Shown here piece after piece: positions 26,216-36,108 of a stretch of DNA of 64,000 bases. The notes beneath the pieces are model-generated. The model saw only the letters and a list, made by a program, of their open reading frames with translations, was not told the DNA's origin and ran no database searches. This DNA is from Chitinophagaceae bacterium. GTDB lineage: Bacteria; Bacteroidota; Bacteroidia; Chitinophagales; Chitinophagaceae. Every line of letters begins with the position of its first letter. Position 1 is the first letter of the stretch. The position numbers and the translations under genes are program-made. The DNA is taken from the NCBI GenBank assembly GCA_019752045.1, contig JAIEMP010000008.1:72676-136675 (forward strand). The letters run 5' to 3'.

Positions 26216-27148
26216 TTATTTCTGATTAAAAAATAAAAAGGCAGGACCGTTTTTATACAAGGCAACGGCTTTTTGCCCAAACCCGATTGCAATCAGCAAA
26301 TCATCGGAAACAAAGGATTCATCCCATTCAATATAAGCTTCCTGTCTATCGGACGAAAGAAAATTGCCGTTTTTAAACCAGTTAGAGAATGTTGATTTAT
26401 AAAGACCTTCTTTATTTTTTGTATACAATGAAGCCGACTGATTGGATTTATTGGTGCAGATCAATTCATCTTTTGGGGTAAAGCGTAAACAGCGGTATGG
26501 ATTTTTGATGGTTTGTAATTCTTTGCCTGTTGTTGTTTCAATGAGCACCGTTTCTTTACCGTTCCATATTGCTATATGATCGCCATTATTGTTTAACACA
26601 AAAGCAAGTTCGTTGTTACCGGAAGCTTCCTGTTGCCATATAGGTTGTAATGTATCGGTAATATTATATACACACAACAACTGCCTATCTTCTTTTTTCC
26701 AATGGATAGCTAGGCATTTTTGGTTATTGCTGATAGCAGCTGCAACATACCGAGCACCTGCAGGCTTTTGTAAATAAGCTGATTGTTTTTGTGTGATGAT
26801 ATGCGTGATGCTGATAGCTCCATCTGTTTCCATCAATTGAAATAATGTATTGGGGATGGGCTTTCCGGCGAGGGTATAGTTTTCTTTTTTACCTGTTTGA
26901 AAATTAGAAACCGCAACATTGCTGTTATCTATTACAACCAACAGATTATCTGCAAACCACATCATGGGTTCTGGTCCTTTGTATTCATACCAATAAAAAA
27001 CCTGGTTGGTAAAAGTGTTGACCAGTTTTATTTTCTGATCGTGCTGACTGTAAAATGCCGCCATAAAACCTCCTTTAATAAAGCAGGCCTTTTGCGCCGA
27101 AAGTTGAAGTGAAAAACTAAGAAGCAGAAAAGACAGGTATCGTTTCAT
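26216..27148 (-). CDS. Secreted hypothetical protein, possible beta-propeller
   Basis: Signal peptide ending LSA|Q; WD40-like strand patterns; likely start ATG 27148. Confidence 0.6.
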   Translation of the reverse strand: MKRYLSFLLLSFSLQLSAQKACFIKGGFMAAFYSQHDQKIKLVNTFTNQVFYWYEYKGPEPMMWFADNLLVVIDNSNVAVSNFQTGKKENYTLAGKPIPNTLFQLMETDGAISITHIITQKQSAYLQKPAGARYVAAAISNNQKCLAIHWKKEDRQLLCVYNITDTLQPIWQQEASGNNELAFVLNNNGDHIAIWNGKETVLIETTTGKELQTIKNPYRCLRFTPKDELICTNKSNQSASLYTKNKEGLYKSTFSNWFKNGNFLSSDRQEAYIEWDESFVSDDLLIAIGFGQKAVALYKNGPAFLFFNQK

Positions 27149-27226
27149 GAAGATGTATAAAAGCTGAACTGTTGAAGTTACGAAAAGAACAACAGTGTAC
27201 AGAAGCAAACATTCATTGCAGCAAAC

Positions 27227-27254
27227 AAAAAAACCATCTCTTGAGATGGCTTTT
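27227..27254 (-). terminator. Rho-independent terminator
   Basis: aaaa-ccatctc-tt-gagatgg. Confidence 0.6.
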
Positions 27255-27271
27255 AAAAAAATATATGATAA

Positions 27272-27742
27272 TTACATCACTAAAACACCCTTCGCAATAA
27301 ACTGTGTTTCTTTTTTTATTGTTTTGATCTTTTCAATTTCAGCTTTGCTTTTACCCGCATCCTGCGCTAAATGCTGCTGTTGCTTAACACTTACTTCTTT
27401 TTGTTTGGCTTCACCTTCCAGCACCACCGTTTTGCCTACAATATCTTTCGGCATAAAAAAACCGTAATCTTTAAAACGCACCATCAAGGTTTCTCCATTG
27501 CCTTTGTCAACCTTCATCCAGCAACCTTTTTCCAGACATACTTCCGTCACCTTTCCTGTAATTTTTCCGGTAAATGTGCCTTTGTCCATTACCTGTTCTT
27601 CCATATCGCCAAGGGTTCTTACATCTGTATTATTTGTTCCCTCGCCGTAAGTAACACCCTTGACTGCGGGGGTTGGATTGTTTTGGGCAAAAGCTGTTAC
27701 AGTAGCTAAAACAACAACGAACAATAAGATCAGTTTTTTCAT
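27272..27742 (-). CDS. DUF4920 domain protein
   Basis: VCLEKGCWM, VRFKDYGFFMPKD, QHLAQDAGKS. Confidence 0.88.
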   Translation of the reverse strand: MKKLILLFVVVLATVTAFAQNNPTPAVKGVTYGEGTNNTDVRTLGDMEEQVMDKGTFTGKITGKVTEVCLEKGCWMKVDKGNGETLMVRFKDYGFFMPKDIVGKTVVLEGEAKQKEVSVKQQQHLAQDAGKSKAEIEKIKTIKKETQFIAKGVLVM

Positions 27743-27936
27743 TTTCAGTTTATTTAAAGGACAAAGTTAATCATGTAAATGAACAGACCAAACTGCTCCT
27801 GTTAAAACTCTCCTCACTGCGCAAACCGTTTTAAACCGAAGCAATGGAAAATTAGTTGCTAAAAAATTTGGCATCTAAAATAATTAGTATTATTATTGCT
27901 AAACAAATTAGTGTTAACAAACAAAACAAACCCGTT

Positions 27937-29013
27937 ATGGAAGAGAGTTTAATTTTGGAGAAACCAAAGGAGAAAAAAATGAGTAAGGAAAACAGCAAGG
28001 AGAGCAACGAAAAGCTCAAAGCATTAAAACTCACCATCGACAAAATTGACAAGGATTTCGGAAAAGGCAGTGTAATGATGATGAATGAACGTGGGGTGCA
28101 TGAGATTGAAGTGATCTCAACCGGTTCCATTGGTCTGGACGTTGCATTAGGAATTGGCGGTGTGCCCAAGGGCCGTGTCATTGAAATCTACGGACCTGAA
28201 AGCAGTGGTAAAACAACCATCGCTACACATATTATTGCAGAAGCACAAAAGAAGGGCGGCATCTGCGCCATTATTGATGCGGAACATGCTTTTGATAGTG
28301 TGTATGCTCAAAAGTTAGGTGTTGATGTAGACAATCTGTTGATCTCACAACCTGATTATGGAGAACAAGGATTAGAAATTGCTGACCGTTTGATTCTTTC
28401 CGGCGCATTGGATGTGGTAGTAATTGATTCTGTTGCGGCACTTGTTCCAAAAGGTGAACTGGAAGGTGAAATGGGTGATAGCAAAATGGGATTGCAGGCA
28501 AGGTTAATGAGCCAGGCTTTACGTAAACTCACTGCTACCATTTCTAAAACAAATACCATCTGTATTTTCATTAACCAGTTGCGTGAAAAGATCGGTGTCA
28601 TGTTTGGTAATCCTGAAACAACAACCGGTGGTAATGCATTAAAGTTCTATGCATCGGTGCGTTTAGACATTCGTCGTATGAGCCAAATCAAAGATGGTGA
28701 TGAAGCCATTGGTAACCGTGTAAAAGTAAAAGTGGTAAAGAATAAAGTTGCCCCACCATTTAAAGCAGCAGAGTTTGATATCATTTTTGGAGAAGGCATC
28801 AGTAAAACAGGAGAAATCATTGATATGGGTGTTGATATGGCCATTATTCAGAAAAGCGGAAGCTGGTACAGTTATAACAGCGACAGGCTGGGTCAGGGAA
28901 GAGATGCAGTAAAACAATTATTGCTCGATAATCCTGAAATGGCCAATGAAATTGAAGCAAAGATTCGTGAAAAGATAAAAGAAATTCAAAGCGGAGCAGT
29001 TGCTGCTTCGTAA
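27937..29013 (+). CDS. recA: Recombinase RecA
   Basis: [37 protein letters not shown]; start 27937 or 27979. Confidence 0.99.
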   Translation: MEESLILEKPKEKKMSKENSKESNEKLKALKLTIDKIDKDFGKGSVMMMNERGVHEIEVISTGSIGLDVALGIGGVPKGRVIEIYGPESSGKTTIATHIIAEAQKKGGICAIIDAEHAFDSVYAQKLGVDVDNLLISQPDYGEQGLEIADRLILSGALDVVVIDSVAALVPKGELEGEMGDSKMGLQARLMSQALRKLTATISKTNTICIFINQLREKIGVMFGNPETTTGGNALKFYASVRLDIRRMSQIKDGDEAIGNRVKVKVVKNKVAPPFKAAEFDIIFGEGISKTGEIIDMGVDMAIIQKSGSWYSYNSDRLGQGRDAVKQLLLDNPEMANEIEAKIREKIKEIQSGAVAAS

Positions 29014-29037
29014 ACTTCGGGTTTGTTTGTAAGTATC

Positions 29038-29068
29038 AAAGCCTTTCGCTTCTGCGAAGGGCTTTTTC
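29038..29068 (+). terminator. recA terminator
   Basis: aaagcctttcgc-ttct-gcgaagggcttttt. Confidence 0.85.
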
Positions 29069-29141
29069 TTTTGCAGTAAACAGAAGTTGGTTATTGCGGA
29101 TGAGATACAGATGTTCTACTTTAGTTACTTAACCAACCGCC

Positions 29142-29645
29142 ATGAATAAAATTGTTTCCTTCTTATCTGTTATTACAGCTTCCGTTTTTTTAACTGCCTG
29201 TCCTTACGAGTCAGCAGTTCCCGTGAGCAGTCCAACGGTAAAATATCCTGCTTCCTTACTTGGTAAATGGGAACTGAAAAATTCTTCAGATGACCTTTTT
29301 TTGATCACAAAGAAAGATGAGTTCAGTTTTGTAGTTACAAAAACAAAAAAGCAGCCAAAGGCAGATGATGCGCCGGAAGTGTTTGAAGCTTTTCTCTCCG
29401 ATGTTGCAGGAGTTACATTTCTGAATGTAACCGAAAAAGAGGATGAGCTATCCGGATCGGGTAAGTTTTATCTGTACAAAATAATGATCAGCCAAAACGG
29501 AACAGTTATAACACTGAGCGAAGTATCAGAAAATATTGATGAACAATTTGATAACTCTGCAGCTTTGAAAAGTTTTATTGAAGAAAACATGCAACATTCT
29601 TTTTTCTTTACAAAGGATGAAGAAGTTTACATAAAGTTGAAGTAA
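29142..29645 (+). CDS. Hypothetical lipoprotein
   Basis: Lipobox LTAC; LLGKW lipocalin-like motif. Confidence 0.75.
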   Translation: MNKIVSFLSVITASVFLTACPYESAVPVSSPTVKYPASLLGKWELKNSSDDLFLITKKDEFSFVVTKTKKQPKADDAPEVFEAFLSDVAGVTFLNVTEKEDELSGSGKFYLYKIMISQNGTVITLSEVSENIDEQFDNSAALKSFIEENMQHSFFFTKDEEVYIKLK

Positions 29646-29777
29646 AAATTGCAGAGAGTTCTTGTAACCATCATCACTCTGCCGTATTAATGATTATATG
29701 AAAGGTGATCATTTGAAGTTGAACTGTATTAAATTGCTTTCTATAAAATTTATAGTTATCCATTTAAATCAATATTT

Positions 29778-31433
29778 ATGCGTTTAATGTTTGTTTTATG
29801 CTGCTTGAGTTTTGTTGTTTCCACAAAGGCACAGCATGCAGATACAATTTCACGAGCCGATATTAAATCAGCCTCTAAAATTTTCAGCATCAACTATACA
29901 GAAGCTGAAATAGACAGTATGTATGCATACATACGGGGCCGTAACAGGGAATACAACAAGCGCTATGAGCTTACTTTGGAGAACAGTGTACCCATGAGCT
30001 TATGGCAAAGTCCGGTGTTGTCCGGTATGCAGTTTGAAACTAAGCAAAAGCCTGTGCAATGGGACATTCCCAAAAATGTTTCAGTACCTGCTAACAAAAA
30101 TGATTTGGCATTTTACTCTGTATTGCAGCTGGCATCATTGATCAAGCATAAAAAAATCACTTCAGCAGAACTTACTCAATTCTTTTTAGACCGAATTAAA
30201 AAATGGGGCGACACATTACAATGTGTTGTCAGTATAACCGAAGAGTTTGCTATGCAACAGGCCCGTGCTGCAGATGCAGAAATTGCAGCAGGAAAATATC
30301 GTGGCCCGTTGCATGGTATTCCTTATGGTTTAAAAGATTTATTTGCAGTAAAAGGTACTAAAACAACCTGGGGAGCTGCCCCTTTTAAAGATCAAGTGAT
30401 TGAAGAAGATGCGTATGTGTATACAAAACTAAAAGATGCAGGTGCTGTATTGGTTGCAAAATTTACACTGGGTGCATTGGCTCAGGGCGACTGGTGGTTT
30501 GGAGGAAGAACAAAAAATCCATGGAATCAAAATTTCGGTTCCTCAGGTTCATCTGCAGGCTCGGCATCAGCAACAGTTGCAGGTCTTGTACCTTTTGCAA
30601 TTGGTACTGAAACATTAGGTTCTATTGTATCACCATCGCACACTTGCGGAGCAACAGGGTTGCGCCCTACGTTTGGCGCAGTGAGTCGTAGTGGAGGAAT
30701 GACGCTTTGCTGGAGTTTAGATAAAACCGGTCCTATCTGTCGCAGTGCAGAAGATGCAGCTGTAGTTTTTTATTACATCAAAGGAACAGATGGAAAAGAT
30801 CCGGGTGCAGTAAACATGCCGTTCAACTTTTCTGTAAAAACAGATATAAAAAAACTCCGCATTGGTTATGCTAAAAATTATTTTGATCGGATTAAGGATA
30901 CATCTGCCAACGAATGGAAAGTGTTGAAAGCATTTGAACAGATGGACGTGCAATTGATTCCTGTAGTATTTCCCGACAGTGCTGTTTATAATTATGACAT
31001 AGTAGGTATTACACTGGCCTCAGAAAGTGCTGCTGCTTTTGATGCATTAACAAGAACCGATCTCGATGATCAGCTTACACGCCAAAACAGAAACGACTGG
31101 CCCAATTATTTCCGTACTGCAAGGCTCATCCCTGCAGTTGAGTATGTAAATGCACAACGTCACCGCTATTTATTAATGAAAAAAATGCAGGAATTTTTTA
31201 CAACAGTTGATGTGGTGATCACACCTAGTTTTGCAGGAAGTCAGTTAGCCATTACTAACTTAACCGGACATCCTGCATTATGTATGCCTACCGGCTTCAG
31301 CAAACAAGGGTTACCAACAAGCATAACGCTGTTGGGTAATTTATTTGGTGAAGCAAATTTGTTGAGTGTAGGAAAGGCATTACAGTCTGCTACTGGTTGG
31401 GAAGATGTACATCCCGAAAAATTTCAGAAATAA
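29778..31433 (+). CDS. Amidase signature family protein
   Basis: GPLHGIPYGLKD, GSSGSSAGSA, IGTETLGSIVSP. Confidence 0.93.
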   Translation: MRLMFVLCCLSFVVSTKAQHADTISRADIKSASKIFSINYTEAEIDSMYAYIRGRNREYNKRYELTLENSVPMSLWQSPVLSGMQFETKQKPVQWDIPKNVSVPANKNDLAFYSVLQLASLIKHKKITSAELTQFFLDRIKKWGDTLQCVVSITEEFAMQQARAADAEIAAGKYRGPLHGIPYGLKDLFAVKGTKTTWGAAPFKDQVIEEDAYVYTKLKDAGAVLVAKFTLGALAQGDWWFGGRTKNPWNQNFGSSGSSAGSASATVAGLVPFAIGTETLGSIVSPSHTCGATGLRPTFGAVSRSGGMTLCWSLDKTGPICRSAEDAAVVFYYIKGTDGKDPGAVNMPFNFSVKTDIKKLRIGYAKNYFDRIKDTSANEWKVLKAFEQMDVQLIPVVFPDSAVYNYDIVGITLASESAAAFDALTRTDLDDQLTRQNRNDWPNYFRTARLIPAVEYVNAQRHRYLLMKKMQEFFTTVDVVITPSFAGSQLAITNLTGHPALCMPTGFSKQGLPTSITLLGNLFGEANLLSVGKALQSATGWEDVHPEKFQK

Positions 31434-31435
31434 GT

Positions 31436-31744
31436 TTAGCTGTTTTTAAGAAGTATTTCTTCTTTCTTCAATTGTTTATCATAGATAAACGTACCAAGCG
31501 GCAACCATGCTGCTATAAATGAAAACAGGAATTTTTTAAAGGGCCAGTTGTAGGTTTCTTTTACAAACCATGCAAGTGCTACATAAGCAATAAACAAAAA
31601 GCCATGTACACAGCCAACATATTTTACTGCTAATGGAAAATCAAATGCATACTTTAATGGCATTGCAATCAGCAGTAAAACAAGAAACGAAATACCTTCT
31701 GCTATTCCTGTTTTTCGTAAAAGTTTAAGAGGCTTAATGTTCAT
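31436..31744 (-). CDS. DUF3817 membrane protein
   Basis: AEGISFLVLL, HGFLF, AAWLPLGTF. Confidence 0.88.
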   Translation of the reverse strand: MNIKPLKLLRKTGIAEGISFLVLLLIAMPLKYAFDFPLAVKYVGCVHGFLFIAYVALAWFVKETYNWPFKKFLFSFIAAWLPLGTFIYDKQLKKEEILLKNS

Positions 31745-31799
31745 GAAATGATGATGATTATAAAGTGTACCCAAGGGTTGTGATAAATTCTTTCAGCAC

Positions 31800-32198
31800 T
31801 TAATGTGCGCAATCATCTGTATGGCAATGATTGGCTTTTTTGCAATAACGATGATTGAGCACATGCGCTATAATTACAAGAGCAGCTGCAGGGATCACAA
31901 ATACAAAAGAAGAATAAGGAAACTTAATAAACTGGTTGAGTGTAAACAAAACCATTCCAACTGAAAATGGAATCAGCGTTGCCCAATGGTGATGATGCTT
32001 TTTATAGCCATGCCATAGTGTTGAAAAGCCAATCAGAAAAGCAGAGCCCAGCAACAGCACTTCAACAAAAATGTTGTGAATAATATTGATTCCGAAAAGA
32101 GGGAGGCTGGTAATAAACAGCGGCAGCACAGCACAGTGAATGGCACAGGCTACGGATGCGGCAATACCTAAAGCTTCCCAATTGATGCGAAAATTCAT
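31800..32198 (-). CDS. MerC-domain membrane protein with His-rich motifs
   Basis: ASVACAIHCAVLP; KKHHHHW; C-terminal NHCHTDDCAH. Confidence 0.85.
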   Translation of the reverse strand: MNFRINWEALGIAASVACAIHCAVLPLFITSLPLFGINIIHNIFVEVLLLGSAFLIGFSTLWHGYKKHHHHWATLIPFSVGMVLFTLNQFIKFPYSSFVFVIPAAALVIIAHVLNHRYCKKANHCHTDDCAH

Positions 32199-32219
32199 AA
32201 AGGACAGCAAAAATACAAT

Positions 32220-32238
32220 TTTGCAATTATGTTGCAAA
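32220..32238. promoter_or_regulatory. Palindromic operator TTTGCAA-N5-TTGCAAA, putative Fur-family site
   Basis: tttgcaa-ttatg-ttgcaaa between the divergent merC-like and sco-fur genes. Confidence 0.55.
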
Positions 32239-32276
32239 TATTATTTTTCATTTTAATTTCGCCAGCTACCCCTTCG

Positions 32277-32284
32277 TACCTTTG
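32277..32284 (+). promoter_or_regulatory. Bacteroidota -7 promoter element
   Basis: TACCTTTG upstream of the SCO gene. Confidence 0.65.
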
Positions 32285-32301
32285 CCCTTTATTTTACTGA
32301 T

Positions 32302-32958
32302 ATGTCGAAGAAATTAGCATTTTACCTCACTTTTTTTTTATTGCTTTTGGGCGTTTTTTACCTGGTTTTGTTTTGGGGAACCGATTTATGGCGTAAGAAA
32401 CTGCCAACAGTAAGTAATGTAAAAGAGTTTGTTTTTGTAAACCAGTTTGGTGATACTGTTACCAACAGAACTGTAACCGGCAAAGTGCACGTAGTAGAGT
32501 TTTTCTTTACAACCTGTACCGGTATTTGTCCAAAAATGAATATGAATATGGCTGCCATTGCAGATGATTTTGCAAATGAAGATGATTTTATGATCCTCAG
32601 CCATACAGTTGACCCCGACATTGATACTGTGGCACGGTTAAAGCAATATGCAGATTCGTTAAAATTAGATGGAAGTCGCTGGATGTTACTGACAGGTACT
32701 AAAGAAAAATTGTACGAAGCTGCCAGAAAAAGTTATTTACTCGACGATCAGAATAATAATAAAGAAGCCATTGAAGATCAGTTTATCCATACACAGCTTT
32801 TTGCACTGGTAGATAAAGGCGGAAAAGTACGGGGAATCTACGACGGGTTAAACAAAAAAGAACTGGCCAAGCTTGATGAAGATATTCGCCTTGTATTAAA
32901 AGAACGATATGATGGTCCACGTTTTGTAAACGGAATTTTTCAAAACAGTCCCAATTAA
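32302..32958 (+). CDS. SCO1/SenC family protein
   Basis: FFFTTCTGICP (CxxxC), SHTVDPDID, HTQLFALVD. Confidence 0.93.
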   Translation: MSKKLAFYLTFFLLLLGVFYLVLFWGTDLWRKKLPTVSNVKEFVFVNQFGDTVTNRTVTGKVHVVEFFFTTCTGICPKMNMNMAAIADDFANEDDFMILSHTVDPDIDTVARLKQYADSLKLDGSRWMLLTGTKEKLYEAARKSYLLDDQNNNKEAIEDQFIHTQLFALVDKGGKVRGIYDGLNKKELAKLDEDIRLVLKERYDGPRFVNGIFQNSPN

Positions 32959-32971
32959 TTAATTTACGGCA

Positions 32972-33391
32972 ATGAGTGAAGCTATTCGTGAACTGCTGAA
33001 AAAAAATCACATGAGTGTAACCGACAGCCGGTTGCAGATACTCGATTTGTTTTATCATGCACCGGGTGCATTGGCACATGCTGATATTGAAAAGAAAGCA
33101 AGCGATAAAATAGATCGTGTAACTATTTACAGAACACTTCAAACGTTCGAAGAAAAAGGAATCATACATACCATTCCCTCAGCTGATAACTCTGTTAAAT
33201 ATGCATTGTGCAAAGATCAATGTGCAGAAGGGCATCATCATGATAACCATGTACATTTTGTTTGCGACAACTGCAGCAAAACCATTTGTCTCGATGATGT
33301 GTTGGTGCCTGAAGTAAAACTGCCGGGCGGATTTGAGCCGCACCAATCGAACATGGTTGTGAATGGATTGTGTAATGAATGCAGGAGTTAG
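32972..33391 (+). CDS. Fur family transcriptional regulator
   Basis: DRVTIYRTL, HHHDNHVHFVCDNC, GLCNEC. Confidence 0.93.
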   Translation: MSEAIRELLKKNHMSVTDSRLQILDLFYHAPGALAHADIEKKASDKIDRVTIYRTLQTFEEKGIIHTIPSADNSVKYALCKDQCAEGHHHDNHVHFVCDNCSKTICLDDVLVPEVKLPGGFEPHQSNMVVNGLCNECRS

Positions 33392-33413
33392 TATAAGTCA
33401 GTATAGTAAAAAA

Positions 33414-33578
33414 ATGAATGCAAAAAATAGTAGGAACGATGAAAATAAAATACCAAGATGGCTCTATGCACTAATTTTGGTAGTAGGCTTTTTATATTTA
33501 ATATGGCTGCTATTTATCAAACAACCCGGACCACAACGAAACGATTTCCCATTCTTTAAACGAACTCAGCTAAAATAA
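33414..33578 (+). CDS. Possible small single-TM protein (54 aa)
   Basis: ATG after an A-rich tract; hydrophobic helix WLYALILVVGFLYLIWLLFI. Confidence 0.4.
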   Translation: MNAKNSRNDENKIPRWLYALILVVGFLYLIWLLFIKQPGPQRNDFPFFKRTQLK

Positions 33579-33644
33579 AAATGCCCTTCCGTAGAAACAG
33601 AAGAGCATGATTAATGTTCTGATTTAGCAATACAAATATCGGTA

Positions 33645-35366
33645 TTAATTCAAATTATCCATTTCTGTTTTTACAAAATCCATCAAGGTCTTAATATGGT
33701 CGGGAGAAAAATCAAATCGCAGACCTGCTGCTTCATATAAAGCAGGCAACGTTTTTGTTCCCCCCAAACTCAATGCGTTGATATAATTGCTTAAAGCTTT
33801 TTGCTGATCCTGTTTAAACTGCATCCACAAACCAATGGCGCCAAGCTGTGCAATTCCATACTCAATATAATAAAAGGGAACTTCAAATAAATGCAATTGG
33901 CGTTGCCATTCGTACGGACGAAATTGTTCCAAACCGCTGTAATCAATTAAGCCTGTGCTGTATTCACTTGCAAGCGACATCCATTTTTCAGCACGCTCAT
34001 CTGCAGTATGTGCAGGATTCTCATACAGCCAATGTTGAAATGCATCAATACGTGCAATCCATGGTAAAATGGTGAGCACACGTTCCAGTTGTTTAAATTT
34101 TGCACGACGCAGTTCGTCGGCATCTTTAAAAAAGATGTTCCAATGTTCCATGCTGAACAACTCCATGGCCATACTTGCTACTTCCGCTATTTCAGCACCG
34201 TATTCTTTAAAGCCTGTTAACTCTAAATGATGTGTAAGAAAAGAATGCACTGCATGTCCGCCTTCATGCACCATAGTTGTTACATCATCCAATGTACCTG
34301 CTGCATTCATAAAAATAAACGGAGCACCTGTTTCAGCTAAAGGCATATTGTAACCGCCGGGGGCTTTTCCCTTGCGGCTGTCAAGATCAAACCGTTTCAA
34401 CTCCTGCATTTTCTGCAAACAATCTGCAAAAAAGGGATTCAGTTGCTTGAAACATTCAATTGTTTTCTCTGTTAATTCATTGCCGTTTGTAAAGGGTTGT
34501 AATGGTACGATGCCTGCCGGTTCTGCATCCATATCCCAGGGACGGAGCTGATCTACCCCAATTGCTTTGCGTTGTTCTTCATAAATAATTTTCACCAGCG
34601 GAACCACGTGTTGCTTTACTGCTTCATGAAAATTGAAACAGTCTTGCGGCGTATAATCAAAACGCCCCAGCTCTTTAAATTTATAATCACGGTAGTTGTT
34701 GAAATCAGCATTCAATGCAATCTGATGGCGTTGTGCAACCAATTTATTAAACAACTCATTCAATGCTTCCCGATCCTGGTAACGGCGGTTTTGTATTTTC
34801 ATGTACACTTCTTCACGCAAAGCACGGTCGGGGTTTTCTAAAAACTTTCCTGCCTGTTGTAACGTGTACTCTTTACCGTTTACTTCAATCGTCATCTTCC
34901 CTGCAATTTGCCCAAACTGTTGCTGCATTACATTCATCTCAGCCATAATGGGAATGTTGGCCTCACGAAACAACTCAATGCTTTTTTTTATGGAACGTAA
35001 GTAGGTAAAATATTTATCAGCATCCAGTTCCTTCGTCAATGGGCACTCAACTAATTTTCGATTGAGCTTATCTGCATAGGGTTGCATTTTTGGTGCAATC
35101 TCCATGTAGAAATAATTGAACGCTTCTTCCAGTTGTTTGTTTTCGGTATCGCAGGTCATGCGTACCTGACGCCAGCAGGCATCTTCGCTAATCACTGCTT
35201 CCAGTTCACTGCTGTCTTTTAACCATTGTTCCAGTTCTGTTTTGGTGTTGATGCTGCGATCGAGTAATTGTTGAAAATAGGGTTCTAACAAATCCCAGGT
35301 AGTAATAGTAAAATCGTTCGGTAAAAAGCTACGCTCAATCGGCTTTATATCGGCTGTGAATGTCAT
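33645..35366 (-). CDS. M3 family oligoendopeptidase F
   Basis: HEGGHAVH zinc motif, AEVASMAMEL, KGKAPGGY, PFYYIEYGIAQ. Confidence 0.93.
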   Translation of the reverse strand: MTFTADIKPIERSFLPNDFTITTWDLLEPYFQQLLDRSINTKTELEQWLKDSSELEAVISEDACWRQVRMTCDTENKQLEEAFNYFYMEIAPKMQPYADKLNRKLVECPLTKELDADKYFTYLRSIKKSIELFREANIPIMAEMNVMQQQFGQIAGKMTIEVNGKEYTLQQAGKFLENPDRALREEVYMKIQNRRYQDREALNELFNKLVAQRHQIALNADFNNYRDYKFKELGRFDYTPQDCFNFHEAVKQHVVPLVKIIYEEQRKAIGVDQLRPWDMDAEPAGIVPLQPFTNGNELTEKTIECFKQLNPFFADCLQKMQELKRFDLDSRKGKAPGGYNMPLAETGAPFIFMNAAGTLDDVTTMVHEGGHAVHSFLTHHLELTGFKEYGAEIAEVASMAMELFSMEHWNIFFKDADELRRAKFKQLERVLTILPWIARIDAFQHWLYENPAHTADERAEKWMSLASEYSTGLIDYSGLEQFRPYEWQRQLHLFEVPFYYIEYGIAQLGAIGLWMQFKQDQQKALSNYINALSLGGTKTLPALYEAAGLRFDFSPDHIKTLMDFVKTEMDNLN

Positions 35367-35387
35367 ACAAATGAGTTTAAAAAATGA

Positions 35388-35447
35388 TGCCGGTAAGATG
35401 GTAAGCTGAAAAGAAGTTGAACTTCCCGCCTCCCCGTCTTACCGGCA
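35388..35447 (-). terminator. Long-loop hairpin, terminator-like
   Basis: 14-bp arms tgccggtaagatgg and ccgtcttaccggca, flanked by A/T runs. Confidence 0.5.
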
Positions 35448-35466
35448 AAAATGTATTGATTCGGAA

Positions 35467-36009
35467 TTAGTCTTCTTTCTTCTTTTTAGCAGCCTTCTTT
35501 TTTGGCGCTTCTTCAGTTGCTGTTTCTGCAACCGGTTCTGCTTTCTTTTTCGCCGCTTTCTTTGCAGGTTTTGTTACTTCTGCTGCTACTTCTTCAACAG
35601 GTGCTTCCTCTTCTTCAACAACCTGCTCACTTAATTTAATTTCAATGCCTTTGGCTTTGATGACGCTGTACCATTTCAACATCTTTTTCATGTCGCTGGT
35701 GTACACACGTTCAAAATCCATATCCGGAAACACTTTTTCAAAATAGGATTTGATCGCCTTGCCATCTTTATCATCCGGAAGTTTTCCGCCATCGGCCTCT
35801 ATCGCCTTTAACACATCGGTTAAATTCACATTATCACGAATGGTATAAATTTCAATACTCTCGAGATGTGAAAACTGGTGTTGCCGTGTGGAAGCAAATT
35901 TTGTTGAATTATCTTCCAGCGAACGCACAATGGCGCCATCGCTTTTACTGCTGATCAGTTCGTACAAACCGGGCATTCCGGTTACTGCAATTAATTTTCC
36001 GTATTCCAT
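35467..36009 (-). CDS. DUF5606 family protein
   Basis: IAVTGMPGLY, FERVYTSDMKK; Ala/Glu/Lys-rich tail. Confidence 0.88.
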   Translation of the reverse strand: MEYGKLIAVTGMPGLYELISSKSDGAIVRSLEDNSTKFASTRQHQFSHLESIEIYTIRDNVNLTDVLKAIEADGGKLPDDKDGKAIKSYFEKVFPDMDFERVYTSDMKKMLKWYSVIKAKGIEIKLSEQVVEEEEAPVEEVAAEVTKPAKKAAKKKAEPVAETATEEAPKKKAAKKKKED

Positions 36010-36108
36010 ATTATTTCAATTCAAGGGCTGCAAGTTAAGTTATTTGCACAAACCTGATTTCATAAATCCGGGAGCTTGGAGTAGCTTCGAAAGAAATCAG
36101 CTTTTGTT

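Noticed and set aside
27743-27936. SOS box upstream of recA; recA-recX linkage
   Set aside because: No convincing palindrome found; recX is 22 kb away, so there is no operon
31800-32198. Mercury-resistance operon
   Set aside because: Only a MerC-like domain is present; no merA, merR, merP or merT
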